The translations under genes were made by a program, and so were the position numbers. This document shows positions 1-7,377 of a stretch of 44,124 nt of DNA, in pieces. Position 1 is the stretch's first letter. Each line of letters starts with the position of its first letter. The notes beneath the pieces were generated by a model. The model was not told the origin of the DNA, did not search any database, and was given only the letters and a program-made list of their open reading frames with translations. The stretch spans positions 153,681 through 197,804 of the forward strand of contig CAYVEK010000002.1 in NCBI GenBank assembly GCA_964450605.1, given 5' to 3'. Origin of the DNA: an uncultured Candidatus Saccharibacteria bacterium (GTDB lineage Bacteria; Patescibacteriota; Minisyncoccia; Phycocordibacterales; CAIZLB01).

Positions 1-772
1 TGGCCTCAATGCGTGCATTACGGAGTGCTCCTTTACGAGCAGAATCTCGCTTGTCTTCTGGCAAAGACTCAATCTTTTTAAGAGTGTCGTCACTTAGTTT
101 TACATCGCGCTGAATTGATTCCTCCACTTCTTTTGGTAATTCCATGCTTTCAATCTCAAGCTGATGGTCAATTGATTTTTTAACAAAAGCAAGAGCTTCA
201 GCATTCATTTCTGGAAATGGTGCGATTGTTTTTTCTGTTCTTGTGGAATAGCTCGTAGTATCACGATTGAATTGCCCCATCTTCTTGAGTGATCGAACAA
301 CATAGTATTTAAACCACATCGGATAGTCTTCACCTTCTTTTAGATATCTAATCCATGATTGTAGAGATTCTTTTTGAGTTTGGGCTTTTTCGATTATGTT
401 TTGACGATAGCGTTCTAGAATTTCTTCATCATTCAATTGCTGGATATCACCCCCTCTACCTTGTTGAATAGCTATTTTCTTTTCTGATTCATAAAGATCT
501 CGAGTAAGAGATCGGACAAGTTCCTCATTATTGGTATCTAGTACGTAATCATCAGTAATAGATTTCTCGATCATCTGTGCTACGGATGGTCGATTTTTCA
601 TAACCCTGTCGAGCCCTCTTAGGTAGCGATCGATTATTGTATGTTTAGTTTGTTTATGGGACAATTCCTCTTTTTTTGTAGTATACTCAGCCAAAGTTTG
701 AGCTTCTTCAGACGTATGAATATCTTGAAATTTTTGTCCGAGGAATTCGGGGCCGTTGAATGATTCTTTCAT
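1..772 (-). CDS. hypothetical protein, N-terminal part; ORF continues past the left window edge
   Basis: Own translation of the minus strand. ATG at 772-770 (MKESFNGPEFLGQKFQDIHTSEEAQTLAEY...) stays open to position 1. It is absent from the supplied track because no stop lies in the window. No family recognised. Confidence 0.55.
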   Translation of the reverse strand, partial: MKESFNGPEFLGQKFQDIHTSEEAQTLAEYTTKKEELSHKQTKHTIIDRYLRGLDRVMKNRPSVAQMIEKSITDDYVLDTNNEELVRSLTRDLYESEKKIAIQQGRGGDIQQLNDEEILERYRQNIIEKAQTQKESLQSWIRYLKEGEDYPMWFKYYVVRSLKKMGQFNRDTTSYSTRTEKTIAPFPEMNAEALAFVKKSIDHQLEIESMELPKEVEESIQRDVKLSDDTLKKIESLPEDKRDSARKGALRNARIEA

Positions 773-804
773 GATGTAAGTATTGTATCAAACCTAACTA
801 TCAT

Positions 805-939
805 GCGCCCGAGACGGACATCTCTCTCGTGCTAGCTCTAATTGGCGGGCCGAGTCGTGCTAGAACTGTGGGTGGTCAAGGCCTGTATAGTTCGTTTATA
901 ATGTTTTGAGTATTGCATGACGACCCCACTCGTACAATG
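805..939 (-). ncRNA. 23S (LSU) rRNA domain V-like structured element, copy A (degenerate, not a functional rRNA)
   Basis: Non-coding and about 75% identical to 1661-1791. Starts 1 nt after the stop of methyltransferase 940-1638. Minus-sense strings CTCAAAACATTATAAACGAACTATACAGGCCTTGACCACCCACAGTTCTAGCACGAC resemble E. coli 23S ~2425-2500. Hairpin GCACGAGA-N10-TCTCGGGC. Confidence 0.5.
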
Positions 940-1638
940 TTAAATTTTAACTAACTCAAACACAATATAGGAATTTACGACTTCTCCACCTATTCCTAGT
1001 GAAAATACTTCTTCGGCTATATTTTCCAGTCTATAGTCATTTTGCTGAGCAATCCTTTCAATAGATTTCAAATCAGCATTATTACCAGTTCCGAGAAGCA
1101 GTCGCCCTTCTTTTGATAGATAATTATCAGCCTCACCTATGTACCGTGACAAAGCCTGATACTGATAATCTAATCCTGCCAACAATAGAGTTTCGTCAAC
1201 TTTTTCAGGCCAATTATTAAATGGATGATTCCAGAATACAAAATCAAATTTTTTATTTCCATCCAAAGAATTAAACATGTCACTCAAAAAAACCTTTCCT
1301 GAGACATCGTATTTTTCAAAATTTAGTTTTGTATTTCTAACTGCATCTGGATTAATATCAAGAGCAACAACCTCGGCGCCTTTTAAAGCAGCAGACAAAG
1401 CAATTATTCCGGTACCAGACCCCACTTCAAGAAGAGATCTCTTGCCAACAATTCCACTTACTGTTTTTGCAAACCATTCACTGTCTGTAAAATATTTAGG
1501 CGAAAATACATTTGGCAATACTGTAATTTCAATTCCATTGCACGTAATTACGTACGGTTCGGTATGACTTCGAATTTTATCGTATATAGAAAATAAGTCT
1601 TTTTTCCATATCTCCTGATCTACCGGTTGAATTTTCAT
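940..1638 (-). CDS. class I SAM-dependent methyltransferase, HemK/MTS-like, with NHPF variant of the NPPY motif (paralog 1)
   Basis: 232-aa ORF. Motif I LEVGSGTGIIAL and motif IV FVFWNHPFN. Paralogous to 1797-2477. TATAAT lies 6 nt upstream of the ATG. Confidence 0.8.
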   Translation of the reverse strand: MKIQPVDQEIWKKDLFSIYDKIRSHTEPYVITCNGIEITVLPNVFSPKYFTDSEWFAKTVSGIVGKRSLLEVGSGTGIIALSAALKGAEVVALDINPDAVRNTKLNFEKYDVSGKVFLSDMFNSLDGNKKFDFVFWNHPFNNWPEKVDETLLLAGLDYQYQALSRYIGEADNYLSKEGRLLLGTGNNADLKSIERIAQQNDYRLENIAEEVFSLGIGGEVVNSYIVFELVKI

Positions 1639-1660
1639 AGACTAATTATATCTCTCAAGT

Positions 1661-1791
1661 GTACGAGATGACCACCCCTCTCGTACTAGCTCGAATTGGC
1701 GGGCCGAACCGTGCTAGAACCATGGTCGGTTAAGCCCTGTAATGTCCGTTGAGAATATTGTAGCATGCCCGGCTCGACCCCACTCGGGCGG
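1661..1791 (-). ncRNA. 23S (LSU) rRNA domain V-like structured element, copy B
   Basis: Starts 5 nt after the stop of methyltransferase 1797-2477. Minus-sense contains CTCAACGGA (1753-1745), ACATTACAGGGCTTAACCGACCATGGTTCTAGCACGG, and CTAGTACGAGAGG (1689-1677), the last identical to the sarcin-ricin loop 13-mer. Perfect hairpin GTACGAGA-N10-TCTCGTAC. Confidence 0.5.
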
Positions 1792-1796
1792 TTTAA

Positions 1797-2477
1797 TTAA
1801 ACCCTTTTTACAAACTCATAAATTCTAAAATCAATATCTTTCCCATTTACCTCTGTTGGCCTATCAATTTTTTCTAAGAGAACAAGATGATGCCCATATT
1901 TGTGAGCAATCTCCTCCAAATCTTCGATTTTTGCAATATTACTGGTACCAAGCAGTAACCTTCCTTCAGCTGCTAAATATTCCCGAGCGTTCGATACATA
2001 ATTCTCGAGATCTTTATATTGATAATCAAAAACCGATTTTAAAAACACATCACTTTCATCTTGATCACTTTTATTGAAAGGATGATTCCAGAAAATAAAA
2101 TCAAATTTATCTACATTTGATAAAGGTTCATATACACTTCCCGTGTGCAGCACCGCATCGACATTGTGCTCTTTGAAATTCAATTCTGCATTCCTGACAG
2201 CTTGTTCATTTATATCGATAGCAGTTACTTGAGCTCCTTGGAGTGCAGATACAAGAGCAATTATCCCCGTACCAGTTCCGATCTCCAACAAACTCTTTTG
2301 CCTCACCATCTGGGCCAACTTTTCTGCATACCATCCACTTTCAAAAAATATTCCCGGAGAAAACACATCAGGGAAAACTTTTATTTTCAACCCATTGACT
2401 ATACATTCGACAATGTCCCGATTATTTTTAAGTTTCGCAAACATGTTGCGCACATCATTTTCCCATTTTTTGTCCAT
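1797..2477 (-). CDS. class I SAM-dependent methyltransferase, HemK/MTS-like, NHPF motif (paralog 2)
   Basis: 226-aa ORF. LEIGTGTGIIAL and FIFWNHPFN. About 45% identity (by eye) to 940-1638. Starts 4 nt after the stop of 2482-2685, so probably an operon. Confidence 0.8.
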   Translation of the reverse strand: MDKKWENDVRNMFAKLKNNRDIVECIVNGLKIKVFPDVFSPGIFFESGWYAEKLAQMVRQKSLLEIGTGTGIIALVSALQGAQVTAIDINEQAVRNAELNFKEHNVDAVLHTGSVYEPLSNVDKFDFIFWNHPFNKSDQDESDVFLKSVFDYQYKDLENYVSNAREYLAAEGRLLLGTSNIAKIEDLEEIAHKYGHHLVLLEKIDRPTEVNGKDIDFRIYEFVKRV

Positions 2478-2481
2478 ATAT

Positions 2482-2685
2482 CTAAAGGTTCTTTTCGAAG
2501 AATTCTCTTAGTAAGATTTTTGCTAATTGTTCTGGAACCATATCCCCCACCTGTGTACTTTTCTCCTGCATATCATAAATGACTGTCAAAATCCCCTTTT
2601 CGACAAAATAATAACCTACGATCTCTTTGCCTCCGATCACAATCTTGATTTCTTTAGTTTTAGAATAATCGAAATTCTTTTTCAT
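2482..2685 (-). CDS. small hypothetical protein (67 aa), co-oriented with and abutting the methyltransferase
   Basis: ORF MKKNFDYSKTKEIKIVIGGKEIVGYYF.... TATATAAT -10-like box 12 nt upstream. No family recognised. Confidence 0.5.
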   Translation of the reverse strand: MKKNFDYSKTKEIKIVIGGKEIVGYYFVEKGILTVIYDMQEKSTQVGDMVPEQLAKILLREFFEKNL

Positions 2686-2774
2686 AAGATTTTCTTAATT
2701 ATATACTAGATTACTCTGCGCCCGAATGGGATACCCCACAGAGGCGCCCTTGTTGGCGGGCCCACTCCGACTCG

Positions 2775-2896
2775 CTCCTTACAGGAGCAGTACACCTTTG
2801 CGGTTTGACTCGGACAAACGTCCTCGCAAACATCGCAAAGCTTTTCGAGTCGGGGAAAAGCTACGCTTTTCCTAACTCTAGAGTACTGTGGTAACT
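2775..2896 (-). repeat. tRNA-associated structured repeat element, copy 1 (L1)
   Basis: A 64-nt core (2851-2788, minus sense GACTCGAAAAGCTTTGCG...CGCAAAGGTGTACTG) matches 12341-12404 with 1 mismatch. Flanking hairpins differ in sequence but keep their pairing. Lies directly 3' of tRNA-Trp. Confidence 0.6.
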
Positions 2897-2897
2897 G

Positions 2898-2969
2898 CGG
2901 GCCCACTCCGACTCGAACGGAGAACTGCGCGTTTGGAGTGCGATGTTTTACCATTGAAACTATAGGCCC
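2898..2969 (-). tRNA. tRNA-Trp (CCA), atypical weak anticodon stem
   Basis: Manual cloverleaf: acceptor GGGCCTA/TGGGCCC, D arm GTTT-CAATGGTA-AAAC, loop CTCCAAA, T arm CTCCG-TTCGAGT-CGGAG, discriminator G. Anticodon stem TCGCA/CGCGC has only 3 Watson-Crick pairs. Resembles E. coli tRNA-Trp. Confidence 0.7.
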
Positions 2970-2976
2970 TGGTGTG

Positions 2977-3012
2977 CAAAAACCTGCACTACATCAATAT
3001 AGCACAGGTTTT
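2977..3012 (-). terminator. hairpin terminator downstream of rpmG
   Basis: Minus sense AAAACCTG-N16-CAGGTTTTTG. Confidence 0.5.
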
Positions 3013-3032
3013 CGCAATATATAAGTGAAGAA

Positions 3033-3197
3033 TTATTTCTTTGATTCTTCGAATACTTCTCGCTTTCGAGTCTTTTTACTGAACTTCTTAAGCTTTAGTT
3101 TTGGCATTGTTGAAGAACCTGGCTTACCTGACTTTCGCATGTAGATAACCTCACCAGTTTTCTTGTTTTTTAGCTTTACTAATTTTTTCTGTGACAT
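3033..3197 (-). CDS. rpmG: 50S ribosomal protein L33
   Basis: Own translation, not in the track: MSQKKLVKLKNKKTGEVIYMRKSGKPGSSTMPKLKLKKFSKKTRKREVFEESKK (54 aa). Matches the L33 pattern Y.T.K......P.KL.LKK[FY]....RKH..F.E.K. Confidence 0.8.
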   Translation of the reverse strand: MSQKKLVKLKNKKTGEVIYMRKSGKPGSSTMPKLKLKKFSKKTRKREVFEESKK

Positions 3198-3235
3198 ACT
3201 TTTATGCTTATTTTTATAATTAAATCTTTTCGATT

Positions 3236-3321
3236 TGGTGCGCAGAGTAGGATTTGAACCTACGTAGCCCGAAGGCGTCTGATTTACAGTCAGATGCGAT
3301 TGACCACTCCGCCATCTGCGC
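3236..3321 (-). tRNA. tRNA-Tyr (GTA), long variable arm, CCA encoded
   Basis: Manual fold: GCGCAGA acceptor, anticodon arm TCTGA-CTGTAAA-TCAGA, T loop GGTTCAAATCC, 3' ...TCTGCGCACCA. Confidence 0.9.
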
Positions 3322-3368
3322 TCATGTATATACCTTTATAAATATACATGATTTTTGAGAAAAATCAA

Positions 3369-6068
3369 TTATCGACTTTCCTCGACCAGATCTCTAACTG
3401 TGTGTTTTCGGGTTGATACTTTCTTGTGCTTTACATCAAAAGTCATCTCACCCTGCTTATTTAGATCTATACTTACCCGCGCTCCGCTTGTCAGACCCTC
3501 AGCGATCATCATAGACGCAAGAGGTGTAAGAACTTTGTTTTGTATCATTCGTCGCAAAGGTCGTGCACCGTACTGAGGTGTGTACCCTTCTTTGGCAAGA
3601 TAATCGTATACAGCATCCTTGAACTCAAGAACAATCTCTTTTTCAGCAAGTCGGTCTTGAACTTTTTTGATCTCTATATCAACAATACGTCGTATAGACT
3701 CAGGATCAAGAACGTTGAACATAATGATCTCATCGAGACGATTCAAAAACTCTGGACGGAAATAATCTTTCAAAGATTCCATCACTTTTTCTTTTGTCTC
3801 TTCATAATTTACAGCGGCGTCAGCACTTGTAGAGAAACCGATAGTTTTCATCTTGTCGATAAACTGTGCTCCGATATTTGAAGTAAGGATGATGATAGTA
3901 TTTTTGAAGTTAACAGTTCTACCTTTTGAATCCGTAAGACGACCATTGTCCAAAACTTGAAGCAATACATTAAAGATGTCAGGATGAGCTTTTTCAATCT
4001 CATCAAACAAGATAACTGAGTATGGTCGATGTTTTACTTTATCAACAAGTGTTCCGGTATCATCATGACCAACATAACCTGGTGGTGCGCCAATGATTTT
4101 TGAGACTGTATGTCGCTCCGCAAACTCTGACATATCAACTCGTATGAGTGATTTCTCGTCATCAAACATAAAGTTTGCAAGTGCCTTGGTAAGCTCTGTC
4201 TTTCCTACTCCTGTTGGACCAAGGAATATAAATGAACCGATAGGTCGATGTGGGTCGTGAATACCAACACGTGATCGTTTGATCGTATCAACAACTTTTT
4301 TAACTGCATCATCTTGACCAATAACCTGACTTTTCAAAACTTCTTCCATACGTGCAAGTTTTGCAACTTCTTCTTCGAGCATGCGAGTAACAGGTACACC
4401 TGTCCACCGTGCCACAACTGAAGCAATATCGGCTTCTGTTATCTCTTCTTTTAGAATACGTTTTGAGACATCTGTTTTTCGAAGTTTCTTAAGCTTTGCT
4501 TCAAGATCTTTTTCAAGAAGTGGTAATTTTCCGTATCGTATCTCAGCTGCTTTTCCAAGATCAGCTCTTGACTCAGCGCGCTCAGCTTCCTGTCGAAGTG
4601 ATTCTAGATTTTTCTTAATATCTTTGATGTCAGACAACGCTGTTTTTTCTGATTGCCATTTTGCTTCAACATCTTTGATGCTGTCTTTTACATCGGCGAT
4701 ATGTTGCTCTATCTCCTTTATACGATCTTTAGTTGCTTTATTTTCAGGATCTTTAAGAAGAGCTTCACGTTCAATCTCAAATCGTCGTATCTTTCTATGT
4801 GCATCTTCAACAACTTGTGGTTTATTTTCCAAAGATATCTTAAGTGATGAAGCAGCCTCGTCGATAAGATCGATAGCTTTATCTGGTAATTGTCGATCTG
4901 TGATATATCGACTTGAAAGTTGTACCGCTGATACTATAGCCTCATCAAGAATACGCACACCGTGAAATAGTTCGTACTTTTCTTTTAGACCTCGAAGTAT
5001 TGCAATCGCATCTTCAACAGATGGTTCATTTACATATACAGGTTGGAATCGTCGCTGAAGTGCTGGATCTTTTTCTATGTACTTCTGATACTCACGAAGT
5101 GTTGTTGCGCCGATAGCTCGGAGTTCTCCTCGTGCTAATGCAGGCTTCAACATATTTGAAGCATCGAGAGATCCATCTCCAGCACCTGCCCCCATAATAG
5201 TGTGAGTTTCATCGATAAATAGAATAATCTTTCCATCAGCTTTTTCTATTTCTTTTAAAATAGTTTTCAATCTATCTTCAAACTCTCCTCTGTACTTTGT
5301 TCCTGCAACCAGTGTACCCATATCAAGAGAAAGAACTTCTTTGTCTTTCAAAGAATCAGGAACATCACCGAGTGCAATACGATTTGCTAAACCTTCAACG
5401 ATAGCAGTTTTTCCAACTCCTGCTTCTCCGAGAAGAATGGGATTATTTTTTGTACGTCGAGAAAGTATTTGTATCACTCGTGCTATCTCCATGTCTCGAC
5501 CAAGAACTGGATCAAGTTTATGTTCTCGCGCAAGCGCTGTTAAGTTTCGAGTATACTTTGTTAAAGTTTTTGCTTTTTTAGAATCAGCAGTTTGTGCAAC
5601 ACTAGAACCGCCTGTTGTCTTTTGTGTTTTCAAAGACTCAAGTGTTTCGATACACTGTTCAGCAGTTATTTTAAATTTTTCTATAAGTTCTCTTCCAGGA
5701 TTCATCGTCTCAAAAAAGGCAACAAAAAGATGCTCAACTGATACAAAGTTATCCTTCAGCTGTGCTGATACTTTTCCTGATGCTTCGATGATAGCCGCAA
5801 GCTCCGGAGTTAAATACAACTGATATGCAGGACTTAGTGTATTTGATGCTTCAGTTGAATCGATAAGTTCAAAGGCATTATCGGTCATCAATATAAAGTC
5901 AACCCCCATACGTTCAAGCATGGTGATAACAAGTGTGTCTTCCTGAGTTAGTAGGGATGCAAGTAGGTGCATCGGCTGAACGTTAGTCTGTCCTCGCTCT
6001 ATAGCCAGTTCATGTGCTCTTCTGATGGCCTCTTTAGCCCGAGTTGTGAAGTGATTTAAAGGTAACAT
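3369..6068 (-). CDS. clpB: ATP-dependent chaperone ClpB (two AAA+ modules with a long coiled-coil middle domain)
   Basis: 899 aa. Clp N-domain, Walker [16 protein letters not shown] and [16 protein letters not shown]-domain string [17 protein letters not shown] typical of ClpB. Confidence 0.9.
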   Translation of the reverse strand: MLPLNHFTTRAKEAIRRAHELAIERGQTNVQPMHLLASLLTQEDTLVITMLERMGVDFILMTDNAFELIDSTEASNTLSPAYQLYLTPELAAIIEASGKVSAQLKDNFVSVEHLFVAFFETMNPGRELIEKFKITAEQCIETLESLKTQKTTGGSSVAQTADSKKAKTLTKYTRNLTALAREHKLDPVLGRDMEIARVIQILSRRTKNNPILLGEAGVGKTAIVEGLANRIALGDVPDSLKDKEVLSLDMGTLVAGTKYRGEFEDRLKTILKEIEKADGKIILFIDETHTIMGAGAGDGSLDASNMLKPALARGELRAIGATTLREYQKYIEKDPALQRRFQPVYVNEPSVEDAIAILRGLKEKYELFHGVRILDEAIVSAVQLSSRYITDRQLPDKAIDLIDEAASSLKISLENKPQVVEDAHRKIRRFEIEREALLKDPENKATKDRIKEIEQHIADVKDSIKDVEAKWQSEKTALSDIKDIKKNLESLRQEAERAESRADLGKAAEIRYGKLPLLEKDLEAKLKKLRKTDVSKRILKEEITEADIASVVARWTGVPVTRMLEEEVAKLARMEEVLKSQVIGQDDAVKKVVDTIKRSRVGIHDPHRPIGSFIFLGPTGVGKTELTKALANFMFDDEKSLIRVDMSEFAERHTVSKIIGAPPGYVGHDDTGTLVDKVKHRPYSVILFDEIEKAHPDIFNVLLQVLDNGRLTDSKGRTVNFKNTIIILTSNIGAQFIDKMKTIGFSTSADAAVNYEETKEKVMESLKDYFRPEFLNRLDEIIMFNVLDPESIRRIVDIEIKKVQDRLAEKEIVLEFKDAVYDYLAKEGYTPQYGARPLRRMIQNKVLTPLASMMIAEGLTSGARVSIDLNKQGEMTFDVKHKKVSTRKHTVRDLVEESR

Positions 6069-6162
6069 GTAATGAGTATAACATAGCTGTCAACTGGAGC
6101 TTTTTGGGTTTTTGTGGGAGGATTTAAACACCTCAGAGTGAGGTACAAACACACAGAAACCC

Positions 6163-7218
6163 ATGAACACTACAATGTTTAAGCCGGGTGATGTATGTGT
6201 AGTACTTCACCCCGAAAGATTCCTTTTTACCCTTTGCGGGGACGACAATGTTTGGTATGACGAAGACGGTAAATCCTCCTACCGACAACCTTCGGGTTTT
6301 ATGGTGGGTATAGGTACGGTTGTAGAAATGATTAGGAGTGGAGTGGTTGACTCTATCACGGCAAACACACTTGCCGTTCCAGATCAACTAACTGCGACTT
6401 TTTTTAATACAACAAAACTACTTCGGCAAATACTAGACCTGCCAAAACCGAAGATGGAGCGAGAGTTTTCACTCAACCCTTCCATTCAAACAGCACGAAA
6501 TGTACTCGGCTGTCCGGGAACCAATACTCCACCATCCGAACCTGCAATACACGGAGCCTCTAAACTTCAGTTTCTTATCGCTGCAAAAAAGCGAATTGAA
6601 AAAGGAGTATGGGGTAAAAATGTATACAGGATCAAAACAGCGGTGAGATACCTTCTTAACTGTTTACAGAAAAAGGAGGACGATCTACTACTCTCACCGC
6701 TATCTTACACGGTGTTGGCAAATGCTGTACCTGGAGAAACATGCTGTTTTACCAAAGCCAGCTCAATCTCCTATGGTATATCATTTGGTCAGACCTGGAA
6801 GTATGGACACGGGGCAATGCTTATGTTTGTTCCTTCTGAGGGTGTGATAGGCCTTCGAGAAACCACCATCATACCCGCGTCATCAGTTGAACGGGCACGG
6901 GATGTGCTAAGAGACCCCCGGACACAGAACCTGAAAGATCCCTTATTGGGTGAAGCCGTAAGCGAGACGGTCAGGTTACTAAAACTTGTTCCAAGACTAG
7001 GAACCTTTAAAGGGGGTCCTGTAGTAGACCCTGAAAGGGTCTTAGGGATACACGCAATAAAAGAAGCTGGCCTACCTACACCTCATGTGCCAGACTTGCT
7101 GCGCGCACACCTACTCCACAGCCTACATACAGCATTCTGCTTTCCACTGAAAATTCCTTGCATGGAAAAAAGAATTGCCGTCGCAATAAGTGCGGCCGCG
7201 GCCGTACTCAAAAACTAA
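6163..7218 (+). CDS. hypothetical protein in the GC-rich island
   Basis: 351-aa ORF in a segment of about 50% or higher GC. Followed by a GC-rich hairpin and T-run. No family recognised. Confidence 0.6.
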   Translation: MNTTMFKPGDVCVVLHPERFLFTLCGDDNVWYDEDGKSSYRQPSGFMVGIGTVVEMIRSGVVDSITANTLAVPDQLTATFFNTTKLLRQILDLPKPKMEREFSLNPSIQTARNVLGCPGTNTPPSEPAIHGASKLQFLIAAKKRIEKGVWGKNVYRIKTAVRYLLNCLQKKEDDLLLSPLSYTVLANAVPGETCCFTKASSISYGISFGQTWKYGHGAMLMFVPSEGVIGLRETTIIPASSVERARDVLRDPRTQNLKDPLLGEAVSETVRLLKLVPRLGTFKGGPVVDPERVLGIHAIKEAGLPTPHVPDLLRAHLLHSLHTAFCFPLKIPCMEKRIAVAISAAAAVLKN

Positions 7219-7222
7219 CAAG

Positions 7223-7258
7223 CGACCGACTCCTCTCGAGGACCGGTCGTGTTTTTTT
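7223..7258 (+). terminator. intrinsic terminator
   Basis: CGACCG-N15-CGGTCG followed by T7. Confidence 0.7.
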
Positions 7259-7377
7259 ATTCAAAAATACATTTTACAAAACGACAAACAAACTCAATCA
7301 AGCTAACAAAACACCTATCATCGTGTCAGTATGAAAACACATCCAACGTAGGATGATCAATCAAAACCATCTGCACC

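Noticed and set aside
773-1796. A genuine (possibly intron-interrupted) 23S rRNA gene
   Set aside because: The two rRNA-like pieces are paralogs of the same 23S segment, not consecutive exons. Each is only ~135 nt. Universally conserved PTC strings are mutated (GGGAUAACAGG becomes CGGACAUUACAGGG or ACUAUACAGG). The intervening DNA is fully occupied by an ordinary methyltransferase ORF with no room for intron RNA structure.
2706-2954. 82-aa minus-strand ORF, and the similar ORFs at 12160-12435, 12167-12394 and 12195-12413
   Set aside because: They run through tRNA genes and the L1/L2 repeat. The twice-occurring RVGVGP is just the translation of the duplicated tRNA-Trp 3' end. The conservation is at nucleotide/structure level, with compensatory hairpin changes that alter the peptide.
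2706-2969. tmRNA (ssrA) interpretation: a tRNA-like 5' part, a CCA-ended tRNA-like 3' part, and a conserved frame ending in TAA inside a hairpin loop (..SESNRKGVLLL* / ..GILKL*)
   Set aside because: The 5' part is a complete cloverleaf with its own D arm, T arm and acceptor 3' strand, not a tmRNA tRNA-like domain. No long P2 helix or pseudoknots are apparent, and the total length is only ~260 nt. The second copy (L2) lacks both tRNA-like ends, and the putative tag does not end like known degradation tags.
4381-5823. Antisense ORFs inside clpB (4381-4965, 4653-4847, 5341-5823), and similar shadow ORFs in infB (10303-10968), prfA (20948-21355), rpsB/tsf (19388-19831), the coiled-coil gene (18301-19020), the NHL gene and others
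   Set aside because: They lie wholly within, and antisense to, strongly supported conserved genes. Their products have low-complexity, Ser/Phe/Ile-rich translations typical of shadow frames.
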